Assembly: GCA_015489395.1 (NCBI GenBank) | Contig: WFZV01000126.1 | Location: 1-41,893, forward strand | Direction: 5' to 3' | Source of the DNA: Bacteroidales bacterium | GTDB lineage: Bacteria > Bacteroidota > Bacteroidia > Bacteroidales > S143-33 | DNA: 41,893 nucleotides | Part shown: piece by piece, positions 26,746-35,893 of the stretch | Position numbering within the stretch: the first letter of the stretch is position 1 | Layout: each line of letters starts with the position of its first letter | Made by a program: the position numbers and the translations under genes | Notes under the pieces: model-generated | The model's input: the letters and a program-made list of their open reading frames with translations, nothing else | Database searches by the model: none | What the model was told of the DNA's origin: nothing

Positions 26746-27210
26746 ATGGCACAAAATAAAATCGACATAAGAAACAAAAAAGCATATCACGATTTTGAGA
26801 TTTTAGAGAAGTTTACAGCTGGCATGGTATTGACAGGGTCTGAGATAAAATCAATTCGTCAGGGAAAAGCCAGTTTAGCAGATGCTTATTGCCGTTTTAA
26901 AGGCGATGAGTTGTATGTTAAAATGAAAATCGCAGAATATCAGTACGGTGGAGCGTATGGCCATGACCCTGACCGTGAACGGAAATTGTTATTACGGAAA
27001 AGCGAGCTTCGACGGCTACGAAAAAAAGTGCAGGAAAAAGGCTTGACAATTATACCTTTGCGTTTATACATAAATGAGCGAGGTTGGGCTAAATTAGAAA
27101 TTGCTTTAGCCCGTGGTAAGAAAAAACACGACAAACGAGAAGATATCAAACGCCGGGATTTAAAACGAGAAATGGAGCGCGAACGTAAGTACTCTAACTT
27201 CAAATTTTAA
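26746..27210 (+). CDS. smpB: SsrA-binding protein SmpB
   Basis: NKKAYHDFEILEKFTAGMVLTGSEIKSIRQGKASLADAY...ERKLLLRKSEL...GLTIIPLRLY; 154 aa. Confidence 0.95.
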   Translation: MAQNKIDIRNKKAYHDFEILEKFTAGMVLTGSEIKSIRQGKASLADAYCRFKGDELYVKMKIAEYQYGGAYGHDPDRERKLLLRKSELRRLRKKVQEKGLTIIPLRLYINERGWAKLEIALARGKKKHDKREDIKRRDLKREMERERKYSNFKF

Positions 27211-27216
27211 TTTCAA

Positions 27217-29883
27217 ATGCTGCGAGAGTTTTTTAAAAAAATATCCGAATTTTTCAGCGAGAAAGCTCGTATAAGACGCTTTTACTTTGTTTTTTACATT
27301 ACTAATTTTATCATCATCACACTTGTTTCGGTCGTTTTATTGGCATTAATAATTCCAGAAATAAATTCCACCAATAGAAAAATCGTCTTTCAAAAGTATT
27401 TAAACGAAACCCGTGCCGAGGCAGTAACAGTCCAGTCAAATGTCAATAAGTACGTTTTATTAATCAAGAACTTACACCGAACATTTAGTAAATATAATCA
27501 GATTCCAGAGAATCAGCGACGTCGTTTTTATTCAACATATCTAAAGGAGATTATCCTGTCAAATCCAGAAATTAATAGTGTTTTTACTCTTTGGAAACCA
27601 GAGAGTTTCGATACTTTAGAGACTATTGATACAATTTTGGGGACACGAATAAAAGGACAGTTTGGTTATTGGCTTTATCGAAGTGGTAATATTTTCGATT
27701 CTTTAACCATTACTCTGCAAAATTTTTCCTTGTTATACGAGTATGCAGGCAAGTTGAGGAAAGCTTATCCTTCTGATTATATTATTGTTGCGCCATTAAA
27801 AGAATATTCTTCACAACTGTCAGACACTTTGTTTTTAGCCCGATTTATAGCGCCTGTAAAAGACACTAATAACGTCATTGAAGGGATTGTTGGTTTTGAT
27901 ATTCCTGTATCAGAATTGCTAAATCAATTGTCTCCCAAGGAGTTAGTAAGGATTTCAGTTTTAGATAAAAATTTAAAATACATTTACCATCCAAATAAAA
28001 CTTTTATTGGTTTAAAAATAACAACTTTCTATCCTAAGCTCGTCCAGTCAAAGCTTGTAAAAGCAATAGAATCAGGTTCATCGTACTTTAGTCTGGGTGA
28101 CTTTTTTGGTAAAAAAGCTTTTGTTTTCGTTTATCCAATAAAGATATCAGTTACGAATCATTGGGCTTTAGTAAAAACTTTACCTGATACGATTTTTGGT
28201 AAGTTCTATTCCCGATTTATCAATCTATTTATCATTATTTTCGTTCTTTTTGTCTTGTTAACTACTATTGCAATTTTTATAGTTTTACAGCAAATTTTTC
28301 ATACTCAGGTTAAAAACTTTGAAATTTTAGTCCAGGAGATTTATCATGGCAATCCAGAGTTAGATATTCAAAGCCAGTTGTTCAAATTTGTTGAGTTTAA
28401 GAATATTCAAAATTACTTGCAAAAGCTTATTAATAAGACAAAATCTCAAATAGAATTTACTAACGAGCTAATAAAAGGTAATTATGATTTAAAACCTTTA
28501 CCTAAAGCATCAGATAAGGACCTTCTTACAGATGCGTTAAACCAGCTTGCCCAGCACTTACGAAAAACCCGGGAAGAACAAGACCGTTTAAGACGTCAGC
28601 AAGAAACAGAAACATGGAAGAGTTTGGGCCTGGCTAAAATAAATGAAATTTTACGTCAGTATATCAACGATTTAGAGAATTTAGCTTATGAGACTATTAA
28701 AGAACTGACAGAATACGTAAATGGTCAGGTAGGCGCATTTTTCTATTATGTTCAAAATCCTGACGGTGAGGACTATTTAGAGTTGATTGGTTACTATGGT
28801 TATAATCGCAAGATTTACGAGAAAAGGAAGCTCCCTCTGGGCGAGGGCCTGTCTGGTGCAGTTGCTCTTGAAAAACAGCCTGTAATCTCTAAAGTCCCTG
28901 ACGAATACGTAGAATTGGCAACCGGACTGGGTAAGGCTAAACCTAATTACATTGCTGTTTATCCTTTAATTACCAACGACGTTCTGTATGGAACCATTGA
29001 AATTGCTAAAATAGAACGTTTTGAGCAACATCAAATCGAATTCCTTAACGAAATTAGCGTTGTTATTGCATCATCTTTAGCTTCTGCTAAAATTTCTGTT
29101 GAGACACAAAAACTTCTGGAACAGTCGCGTAACGCAACTCTTCAGATGCAGCAAAAACAACAGGAGCTTGAAAAAACTATTGAACAATTAGAGCGGCTTA
29201 GACAACAAACGGAAAATCAGAGAAATAAGCTTCAGGCTATAGTAAATGCACTCAATAAAATCGTTTATTATATCGAATTTTCTCTGGATACAAAGGTTAT
29301 TACTATCAACAAACTGTTGCTTAATACTTTACGGCTTAGCTACGCTGAGGCTACAGCTAAAAATTATTTTGACCTTTTCCAGATTTCAATCGACCAATTG
29401 GATACACACAGAAATTATTGGGAGCAGGTCAAATCAGGTAAAACTGTTCAATACGAATTGCGTGCTGACCTTCAGGACAAAACTATCTGGATAAAAGCTG
29501 TTTTAGTGCCGATTTTCATTCACAACGAAATCGATCGAATCCTGTTTATTGGCATTGATATTACCAGCCTTAAACAACAGCAACAGACCATCGAAAAAAC
29601 GGTTATGGAGCTTAAGGAAAAAGAGGAGGAAACAAAATTGCTTAAAGACGAAATTGAACAAAATTACACTGAAATCGAAGATTTGAGCATGCAGGTGAAA
29701 GACCGTGAGGAGCAAATTCAAAAACTTCAGGAACAAATCGAACAATTAAAAGTTATGCACCAGACGCTTTCTAATGAGTTCGAAAAGCGTATTAAACGGC
29801 ATAGAAGCCGTGAGGCACAGCTTCAGCAAGAAATCGAACAACTACGCAAAGAGCTTGAAAAATACAAGCGCGGTCAAAAATAA
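27217..29883 (+). CDS. Transmembrane signalling protein, paralog of 2611-5331: Cache-like extracytoplasmic domain, HAMP-like linker, GAF, PAS, coiled coils; no output domain
   Basis: TM helices near aa 22-45 and 335-357. GAF ..VNGQVGAFFYYVQNPDGEDYLEL...LGEGLSGAVALEKQPVISKVP...AVYPLITNDVLYGTIEIAK aligns with the GAF of the 906-aa protein. PAS-like ..VITINKLLLNTLRLSYAEATAKNYFDLF...FIGIDITSLKQQQQ. E/Q/K-rich C-terminal coiled coil. Confidence 0.8.
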   Translation: MLREFFKKISEFFSEKARIRRFYFVFYITNFIIITLVSVVLLALIIPEINSTNRKIVFQKYLNETRAEAVTVQSNVNKYVLLIKNLHRTFSKYNQIPENQRRRFYSTYLKEIILSNPEINSVFTLWKPESFDTLETIDTILGTRIKGQFGYWLYRSGNIFDSLTITLQNFSLLYEYAGKLRKAYPSDYIIVAPLKEYSSQLSDTLFLARFIAPVKDTNNVIEGIVGFDIPVSELLNQLSPKELVRISVLDKNLKYIYHPNKTFIGLKITTFYPKLVQSKLVKAIESGSSYFSLGDFFGKKAFVFVYPIKISVTNHWALVKTLPDTIFGKFYSRFINLFIIIFVLFVLLTTIAIFIVLQQIFHTQVKNFEILVQEIYHGNPELDIQSQLFKFVEFKNIQNYLQKLINKTKSQIEFTNELIKGNYDLKPLPKASDKDLLTDALNQLAQHLRKTREEQDRLRRQQETETWKSLGLAKINEILRQYINDLENLAYETIKELTEYVNGQVGAFFYYVQNPDGEDYLELIGYYGYNRKIYEKRKLPLGEGLSGAVALEKQPVISKVPDEYVELATGLGKAKPNYIAVYPLITNDVLYGTIEIAKIERFEQHQIEFLNEISVVIASSLASAKISVETQKLLEQSRNATLQMQQKQQELEKTIEQLERLRQQTENQRNKLQAIVNALNKIVYYIEFSLDTKVITINKLLLNTLRLSYAEATAKNYFDLFQISIDQLDTHRNYWEQVKSGKTVQYELRADLQDKTIWIKAVLVPIFIHNEIDRILFIGIDITSLKQQQQTIEKTVMELKEKEEETKLLKDEIEQNYTEIEDLSMQVKDREEQIQKLQEQIEQLKVMHQTLSNEFEKRIKRHRSREAQLQQEIEQLRKELEKYKRGQK

Positions 29884-30069
29884 TGCGTGCTTTGCTCTTA
29901 ATCAGGGAGTTGGAGCTTTGTGCAGCTTTAATGGTGCGACATCACTAACTGCCTTCTGTCCTTCAGTGTTTTATCGAAAAGTTACGGCTATTTGCAGAAA
30001 TCCGTTAATCCCTGCGAAAAAGTTTTTTTAGCCGTTTGTGCGGATTTGCAACGCACTAATGACAGTTGC

Positions 30070-30834
30070 TTATTTGACCAGGTTGGTTAATTGCCAGAAC
30101 TGCTGGACGGTTAATTGTTCTGCGCGTTTGTCTAAAAGTTCTGGCGGTACGTTTTCGATATTATACAGCTTTTTCAGTGCATTTCGCAAGGTTTTTCGGC
30201 GTTGGTTAAAAGCTGTTTTAACCACGTACTTGAAAAACTCGTAATCGTCGATAGGAGGTTGTTTGTGCTTTTTATCCAATCGTATCACTGCCGACATGAC
30301 TTTAGGTGGCGGGCTGAAAGCGCCGGGCGGCACAGAAAACAGGTATTTTACGTTGTAAAACGACTGCACCATAACGCTCAAAATGCCGTAATCTTTAGTG
30401 CCAGGTTGCGCAACGATTCGTTGCGCAACCTCTTTTTGCACCATAAGCACGCTTTGAACAATCATTTGGCGATAATCCAGAATTTTGAAGATTATCGGGC
30501 CGGTGATATTGTACGGAACATTTCCAATTACGAGTAGTGGCGGCACAAAGTATTGTTCGAGGCGAAGACGCAGGAAATCACCAGCAATAATACGGCCTTT
30601 GAGCTGTGGAAATTTTTGGCGTAAAATTGCCAAGGCATCCCGATCAATTTCCACCACATAAAGCTGATACTGGTCTTTATTAACCAAAAATTGTGTCAGA
30701 ACGCCTGTGCCGCCACCAATTTCCAGTACGTTTACTTTTTGGTCCGGTAGCGAAAAATCTAAAGATTCGACGATTCGCCTGGCAATGTCGAAATTTTTAA
30801 GAAAATGTTGTCCAAAACGCTTCTTTGCTCTCAC
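30070..30834 (-). CDS. rsmA: 16S rRNA (adenine1518-N6/adenine1519-N6)-dimethyltransferase
   Basis: KKRFGQHFLKN, VLEIGGGTGVLT (SAM-binding site) and GNVPYNITGPI motifs. Confidence 0.95.
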   Translation of the reverse strand: MRAKKRFGQHFLKNFDIARRIVESLDFSLPDQKVNVLEIGGGTGVLTQFLVNKDQYQLYVVEIDRDALAILRQKFPQLKGRIIAGDFLRLRLEQYFVPPLLVIGNVPYNITGPIIFKILDYRQMIVQSVLMVQKEVAQRIVAQPGTKDYGILSVMVQSFYNVKYLFSVPPGAFSPPPKVMSAVIRLDKKHKQPPIDDYEFFKYVVKTAFNQRRKTLRNALKKLYNIENVPPELLDKRAEQLTVQQFWQLTNLVK

Positions 30835-30863
30835 TTGTCGATGATTTTCGTCGTTCTAACGTT

Positions 30864-32324
30864 TTAGTTTGCAGATTTTTCTGGCATATTTTCCAGCACT
30901 TCGAGCAGCAGTTGCCAGAACTGTTGTACGCTCGGGATGTGCAAGCTTTCTTGTGGAGTATGAGCGCCTTTTATCGTGGGACCAATGGAAATCATGTCCA
31001 GATACGGGTATTTTTCCAGGAATAGTCCGCATTCGAGGCCAGCGTGGATGGCACGCACTTTAGGTTCTTGTCCGAATAGTTTTTTGAAGGTTTCGACAGT
31101 GAGGTTTAATATTTTGGAGTTCAGGTTAGGTGTCCAGCCGGGATAAGAGTCGCTATGGCTAACTTCTGCACCAGCCAGGAGGAATACAGCTTTGACCATT
31201 GTAGCGATGTCGTCTTTGGCTGAGTCTTTGCTGCTTCGTTGTGAAGTGCCGACCACTATTGTTTTTTCTTCTGTTCGTACAGTAGCCAGGTTTGTTGAAG
31301 TTTCGACCAGTCCGGGGATGTCTTTGCTCCATGCGTAAACTCCGTGTGGGCAGCCATACAGAGACCAGAGCAGGCGTGAAGCTGTTTGGTCGTCAATAGC
31401 TGTTTGTGGTAAATCGACTTTTTGAATTTCGAATTTGAGATTAGGTTCGACTTTTCCGTATTCGTCCTTGAAAATTTCGAGATATTTTTGGTGCATTTGT
31501 TTTAGAGTGTCTTCGTATTCAGGTTGGAATACGATAATTGCGTAAGCGTCGCGAGGTATAGCGTTTCTCAGTTTTCCGCCGTGGAAAAACGACAGGTCGT
31601 AAGGCATTTGATAAAGTAATTTAACCAGGAATCTGTCCAGCAGCTTGATAGCGTTAGCATAGCCTTTGTGAATTTCGTCGCCAGAGTGTCCGCCGTGTAG
31701 GTCATCGATGATGATTTTGTATGCGATGCCGTCGTTGATTTTCTTATGTTGGTAAGAGAATTCAGCAGTGGTGTTTATACCGCCAGCGCTGCCAATAAAT
31801 ATTTCGCCCCAGTCTTCTGAGTCTAAGTTGATAAGTGTTTTTCCTTCGAAAAATCCTGGTTCTAAGGCAAAAGCACCTGTCAGACCTGTTTCTTCGTCCA
31901 CAGTAAAGAGTCCTTCGATTTGTGGATGTGGTATGTCTTTACTGTCTAAAAGTGCCAATATTGTAGCAATTCCAATGCCGTCGTCAGCGCCTAAAGTAGT
32001 GCCTTTTGACCGCACCCATTCTCCGTCAACGTAAGCCTGTATAGGGTCTTTTTCAAAGTCATGGTCAACGTTAGTGTCTTTTTCAGTCACCATGTCCACA
32101 TGTGCTTGTAGAACAACAGGTTCGCGGTTTTCCATGCCAGGCGTAGCTGGCTTTTTAATCACAACATTGCCGACTTTATCGACTTTGTAATCCAGTCCAC
32201 GTTTTTTAGCAAAATCAATGAGGTATTGGACGATTTTTTCTTCTTTTTTAGATGGCCGTGGAATTTTCAGTATTTCAGAGAAAAATTTAAACACAGGTTT
32301 AGGGTCTAATTCGTGTATTTCCAT
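30864..32324 (-). CDS. pepD: Aminoacyl-histidine dipeptidase (Xaa-His dipeptidase, M20C)
   Basis: LDPKPVFKFFSEILKIPRPSKKEEKI..., LQAHVDMV, TTLGADDGIG, FTVDEETGLTGA and the ..GPTIKGAHTPQE tail; 486 aa. Confidence 0.9.
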   Translation of the reverse strand: MEIHELDPKPVFKFFSEILKIPRPSKKEEKIVQYLIDFAKKRGLDYKVDKVGNVVIKKPATPGMENREPVVLQAHVDMVTEKDTNVDHDFEKDPIQAYVDGEWVRSKGTTLGADDGIGIATILALLDSKDIPHPQIEGLFTVDEETGLTGAFALEPGFFEGKTLINLDSEDWGEIFIGSAGGINTTAEFSYQHKKINDGIAYKIIIDDLHGGHSGDEIHKGYANAIKLLDRFLVKLLYQMPYDLSFFHGGKLRNAIPRDAYAIIVFQPEYEDTLKQMHQKYLEIFKDEYGKVEPNLKFEIQKVDLPQTAIDDQTASRLLWSLYGCPHGVYAWSKDIPGLVETSTNLATVRTEEKTIVVGTSQRSSKDSAKDDIATMVKAVFLLAGAEVSHSDSYPGWTPNLNSKILNLTVETFKKLFGQEPKVRAIHAGLECGLFLEKYPYLDMISIGPTIKGAHTPQESLHIPSVQQFWQLLLEVLENMPEKSAN

Positions 32325-32469
32325 GGTTTTAGCGTTTTTTCATTTGGTTTAAAATTGCGAAAAAATTACAAGATTTTAAAATACTTTGTCCAAAAGCATA
32401 AATTTTTAATTCAAAAACGCATGTAATCAAGTTTAAATTAATATTTTTGAACAAAAATCTCGCAAAACT

Positions 32470-33036
32470 ATGGGCAAGCGTTTATTTATAGCGGCCAAAC
32501 TGCCATTGTCAGACCAGACGCGTAAAAAAATTGATTTTATAAGGGACAGGTTGAATTATGAGAAAATCAAATGGGTTGAGCCGCAAAATGTTCATCTTAC
32601 ATTGAAATTTTTAGGCGATACCGACGAAGAGCTAATTCCTCAAATCGAGGAAAAATTACAGCAAATCGCCGGACAAATTCCGTTTAATCAGGTTGAAATC
32701 AAGGGTTTAGGCGTATTTCCAAATCCATTTAAACCTCGAGTTTTATGGCTTGGTTTGCAGTACGAACCAGCATTGAAAGAGCTTTATGATTTAATCGAAA
32801 ACGAAATGGAACTTCTGGGCTATGAGCGCGAACATCGTGATTTTAAGCCACATATCACACTGGGCAGGATAAAGTTTTTAAAAAACCGTAAGAACCTTCA
32901 ATTTTTACTGGATAAATTTAAAAATACAGAGTTTCAGAGTGTTAAAGTGAATAAAATAATCCTTTTCGAGAGCGAGCTTTTTCCAACAGGACCGGTCTAT
33001 ACTGAATTGGCGGAATTACAATTGCAGCAAATTTAA
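32470..33036 (+). CDS. thpR: RNA 2',3'-cyclic phosphodiesterase (2H family, LigT/ThpR)
   Basis: Two HxTx motifs: VHLTLKFLG and PHITLGR; 188 aa. Confidence 0.9.
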   Translation: MGKRLFIAAKLPLSDQTRKKIDFIRDRLNYEKIKWVEPQNVHLTLKFLGDTDEELIPQIEEKLQQIAGQIPFNQVEIKGLGVFPNPFKPRVLWLGLQYEPALKELYDLIENEMELLGYEREHRDFKPHITLGRIKFLKNRKNLQFLLDKFKNTEFQSVKVNKIILFESELFPTGPVYTELAELQLQQI

Positions 33037-34547
33037 CCTCTGTACTCTTCATCCTGAACAATCAGGGCAACCACCCACGAGAAGTCTCCCCATGTTATCT
33101 TGTTGCCGCAATATTGGCAGACTCCGTTCTGGCCAATGTTTTCAATAGGTGCGCCACAAGCCGGGCAAGTGTGGATATCGTATTCGTCTTTCTCGACTCC
33201 GCTGCGTCGTATGAAAGTCCAGTATTCGCTAAATCTGCGCTTGCGTTTGTTGCTGCCAGCCATGACACGTCCACGGCGATCGACCACGTAATCCAGTCCA
33301 TTTGCAAAAATACGTACTGTTATTGCTTCGTAAAACCGGTCAATTTCAAGCTTAGCAACTTCGATTTTTTCTATTTGAATGTCTAAAACATTTCGCAAAC
33401 CTGCTTGTTTGTAAGCTTTTATCCAGAAATTATAGCTTTCCCACAGCCGGTCGGTTAACAGATGACGGACGCGGTTCCATTTTAAGCTACTCCATGCTTT
33501 GTAAATTTCGTCGAAATACGGTTGGATGATTTTAGTTTTAAATTTTTGTTCGTATTCAGGCCATGAAACATTATTTGCTGATTCAAAAACACGGATTTTT
33601 TGTTCTAAATATGGGTCTAAAATTGTCGGTAACTCTGTGCCACGCTCAGGGGCATAAGTCAGTAAATTCTCGGTTTTCATTGCAGTAAACTCAAAAACTT
33701 TTCGATCAGAAACATACCATTGCATTTTACCCTGTACTATCAACGTACCGCAATGTTTGCAATATCCTGAGTCTGTGAAATCTGCAGGCGCTCCACAAGC
33801 CGGACAAGAAACAACGTGCATTTTTTCTGGTTCTGGCGAAATCACATCTTTATCACGCAAAAACAACCATCGTTCATCCAACCGGTAACGGGCAGCCTTG
33901 CCCTGGGCTATGATTGTCATATTGGATTTAAACCGCACGTAAATTCCAACTGTATTTTCCCAAAAACTGATTTTTTCAATAAAAATCCCACCAATTACAA
34001 TCTCGTCGATTTTAAAAGCTGCTTTGTCCTTTAAAAACTGTTGCATGAGCTTTTTATCAAAGAACGGCGTGAGTGCTGTAAGTTGCTTTTTATCAGTATA
34101 ATACGAATAAAATTTTGTGTACAGCGAAAAAGCAAAATCCAAAAACAAAACCCGGGAAAAATTCGGGTCAATCCCACGTAAGGTGGCTATTTGCTGCGAA
34201 ACAGAAATAAACCTGTGCAAATTGCTGTAATAATTCGTATCATTGGACGAGACATTAAAATTGTCTGATCTGGACTTGTATTTACCCACTAAATAAATCA
34301 CAAAAAACAGCAAAAGCAACGGCACTGATACTTCTGGCGGCAGCATCGAAAAGATTAAATAAAATAAGGCGCCGCCACCTCCACCGCCGCCATATCCTCC
34401 TGCTGACGAGTAGCCTCCACCGGAATAGCTCTGACCACCACCGGGCCTGCCATAAACGTACGAAACAGCTAATAACACGAGCAAAAACACAAAGAAACTG
34501 ACTAAAATTTTTTGAAACTTGCTAATATTTAATGTGCGGCGATTCAT
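33033..34547 (-). CDS. Membrane protein with a Gly/Ser/Tyr-rich N-terminal stretch and two tandem Tim44-like domain + zinc-ribbon modules
   Basis: Hydrophobic helix at aa ~12-32, GRPGGGQSYSGGGYSSAGGYGGGGGGG, then a second hydrophobic segment. Module A: DPNFSRVLFLDFA...ERWLFLR + CPACGAPADFTDSGYCKHCG. Module B: DPYLEQKIRVFE...EYWTFIR + CPACGAPIENIGQNGVCQYCG. Confidence 0.7.
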   Translation of the reverse strand: MNRRTLNISKFQKILVSFFVFLLVLLAVSYVYGRPGGGQSYSGGGYSSAGGYGGGGGGGALFYLIFSMLPPEVSVPLLLLFFVIYLVGKYKSRSDNFNVSSNDTNYYSNLHRFISVSQQIATLRGIDPNFSRVLFLDFAFSLYTKFYSYYTDKKQLTALTPFFDKKLMQQFLKDKAAFKIDEIVIGGIFIEKISFWENTVGIYVRFKSNMTIIAQGKAARYRLDERWLFLRDKDVISPEPEKMHVVSCPACGAPADFTDSGYCKHCGTLIVQGKMQWYVSDRKVFEFTAMKTENLLTYAPERGTELPTILDPYLEQKIRVFESANNVSWPEYEQKFKTKIIQPYFDEIYKAWSSLKWNRVRHLLTDRLWESYNFWIKAYKQAGLRNVLDIQIEKIEVAKLEIDRFYEAITVRIFANGLDYVVDRRGRVMAGSNKRKRRFSEYWTFIRRSGVEKDEYDIHTCPACGAPIENIGQNGVCQYCGNKITWGDFSWVVALIVQDEEYRG

Positions 34548-34566
34548 TTGACAGAAATTTTAAAAT

Positions 34567-35220
34567 TTACAGGTTAATTTCGAGGTCATCAGGTATTTCG
34601 TTTATATCATTTTCAACAGGCGGGACATATTCAGACAAAATCGGCTTTAAATAAGCCAATTTCGAGAGCAAAGCGTCAGTAATCAAATCTTCTTCTTTAA
34701 AAATCTTGTTAAATTCCTGCGAAATCTCTTCCCAGACATGCTCTGGAATGCGCAAAAGCAAACCTTTATCAGGGACCAAATACACCATCTGCTCCAGAAG
34801 CGAAACAAAAATCAAAAGTCCAGTATGCTCACGGGTGTAGTAAATTGCACCTTTTTGGAACAAAGCACGGGCATAAACTTCTACGGCGTGCTTTTTGCGT
34901 TTGGTTTTTATCAAATTGCGTTTTAACACTGGCAATAGCTCGACTATAGCATACCCAAAGAGAAAGCTTATCGCTCCTGCAAAGCAAATCCAGTAAGGGT
35001 TAAATACCGTCGGGCTAAAAAGTAAATACAGAAGCACAACCACCTGCAAAACAAACCCAGCCCACAGCGAAACATCGTGATAATTAGCGGATTTGGCGCG
35101 TATGATAACAACGACTTCTGATAGGGATTGTTTTTCGATATCGGCGATTTCTTTGTACAACCGCTCTTTGAAAGTTTTGTCAAATAGAGAAATATTCAGC
35201 ATTTTTAGTACTTTTGCCAT
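34567..35220 (-). CDS. TPM (TLP18.3/Psb32/MOLO-1)-like domain protein interrupted by a transmembrane hairpin
   Basis: EIADIEKQSLSEVVVIIRAKS (first TPM-like block), then two hydrophobic helices (LWAGFVLQVVVLLYLLF, ICFAGAISFLFGYAIVELLPVL), then YTREHTGLLIFVSLLEQMVYLVPDKGL (second TPM-like block). 19 nt upstream of the Tim44-like gene. Confidence 0.5.
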   Translation of the reverse strand: MAKVLKMLNISLFDKTFKERLYKEIADIEKQSLSEVVVIIRAKSANYHDVSLWAGFVLQVVVLLYLLFSPTVFNPYWICFAGAISFLFGYAIVELLPVLKRNLIKTKRKKHAVEVYARALFQKGAIYYTREHTGLLIFVSLLEQMVYLVPDKGLLLRIPEHVWEEISQEFNKIFKEEDLITDALLSKLAYLKPILSEYVPPVENDINEIPDDLEINL

Positions 35221-35245
35221 GCAATTTTAATCTAAATTTACACAA

Positions 35246-35893
35246 ATGAATCGTGATAAGCAAAATCCGATTAGGCAAATTTACGTGGAAAATAAAGTTT
35301 TTTTACTGGCTTACAGCTTGTTGTTCGTGGCAGCGCTTGTATTTGCGCTAATTTTAGGGCGTGAGCAGTCGCAGATTTTAGTAAATCGGCTTAACTCGCC
35401 TTTTTTTGATAAATTTTTTAAGTATGTAACTGATTTAGGTTCAGGCTATTTCTTTGTATTAGTCATTTTTTTAGTCGCAATATTCCGGGGCAAAGCGTCG
35501 GGAGGGTTAGTGGTTTCTGCAATTTTGTCCACAATACTTGTTCAGGCGTTAAAGCATACAGTAGGAGGGTATCGTCCGTACGCATTTTTTCAGATGTATT
35601 CGAGTTATAGTCTGCATTTAGTCCAGGGAGTAAAGATGCTCAAGCTTCATTCCTTTCCGTCGGGTCATACAGCCACAGCTTTTGCAGTATTTTTTTATCT
35701 TGCAGCGCTTACGCGTAAGAATTGGTTGAAGGTTGTTTATTTGTTGGTAGCTGTGTTGGTCGCATATTCAAGGGTTTATTTGTCGCAGCATTTTGTGATT
35801 GACGTTGTTGGCGGAAGTTTTATAGGAGTTTTATCGTCGTATATTGGTTTGTGGTGGTATTATGTAGTGCCTAAAATAAGAAATGAGCTTTAG
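35246..35893 (+). CDS. PAP2-family membrane phosphatase
   Basis: KHTVGGYRP (KxxxxxxRP), PSGH and SRVYLSQHFVIDV (SRxxxxxHxxxD) motifs; multiple TM helices. Confidence 0.85.
   Translation: MNRDKQNPIRQIYVENKVFLLAYSLLFVAALVFALILGREQSQILVNRLNSPFFDKFFKYVTDLGSGYFFVLVIFLVAIFRGKASGGLVVSAILSTILVQALKHTVGGYRPYAFFQMYSSYSLHLVQGVKMLKLHSFPSGHTATAFAVFFYLAALTRKNWLKVVYLLVAVLVAYSRVYLSQHFVIDVVGGSFIGVLSSYIGLWWYYVVPKIRNEL

Noticed and set aside
29774-30244. ORFs 29774-30031 (+) and 30038-30244 (+) spanning the sensor/rsmA spacer
   Set aside because: The first starts inside the sensor gene in another frame and the second runs antisense into rsmA. Neither has a recognisable motif or promoter box.
33095-34034. Short ORFs on both strands inside the Tim44-like gene (33095-33307, 33100-33291, 33114-33386, 33816-34034)
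   Set aside because: They are embedded in a 504-aa frame with clear internal duplication and zinc-ribbon motifs. They show no independent signals.
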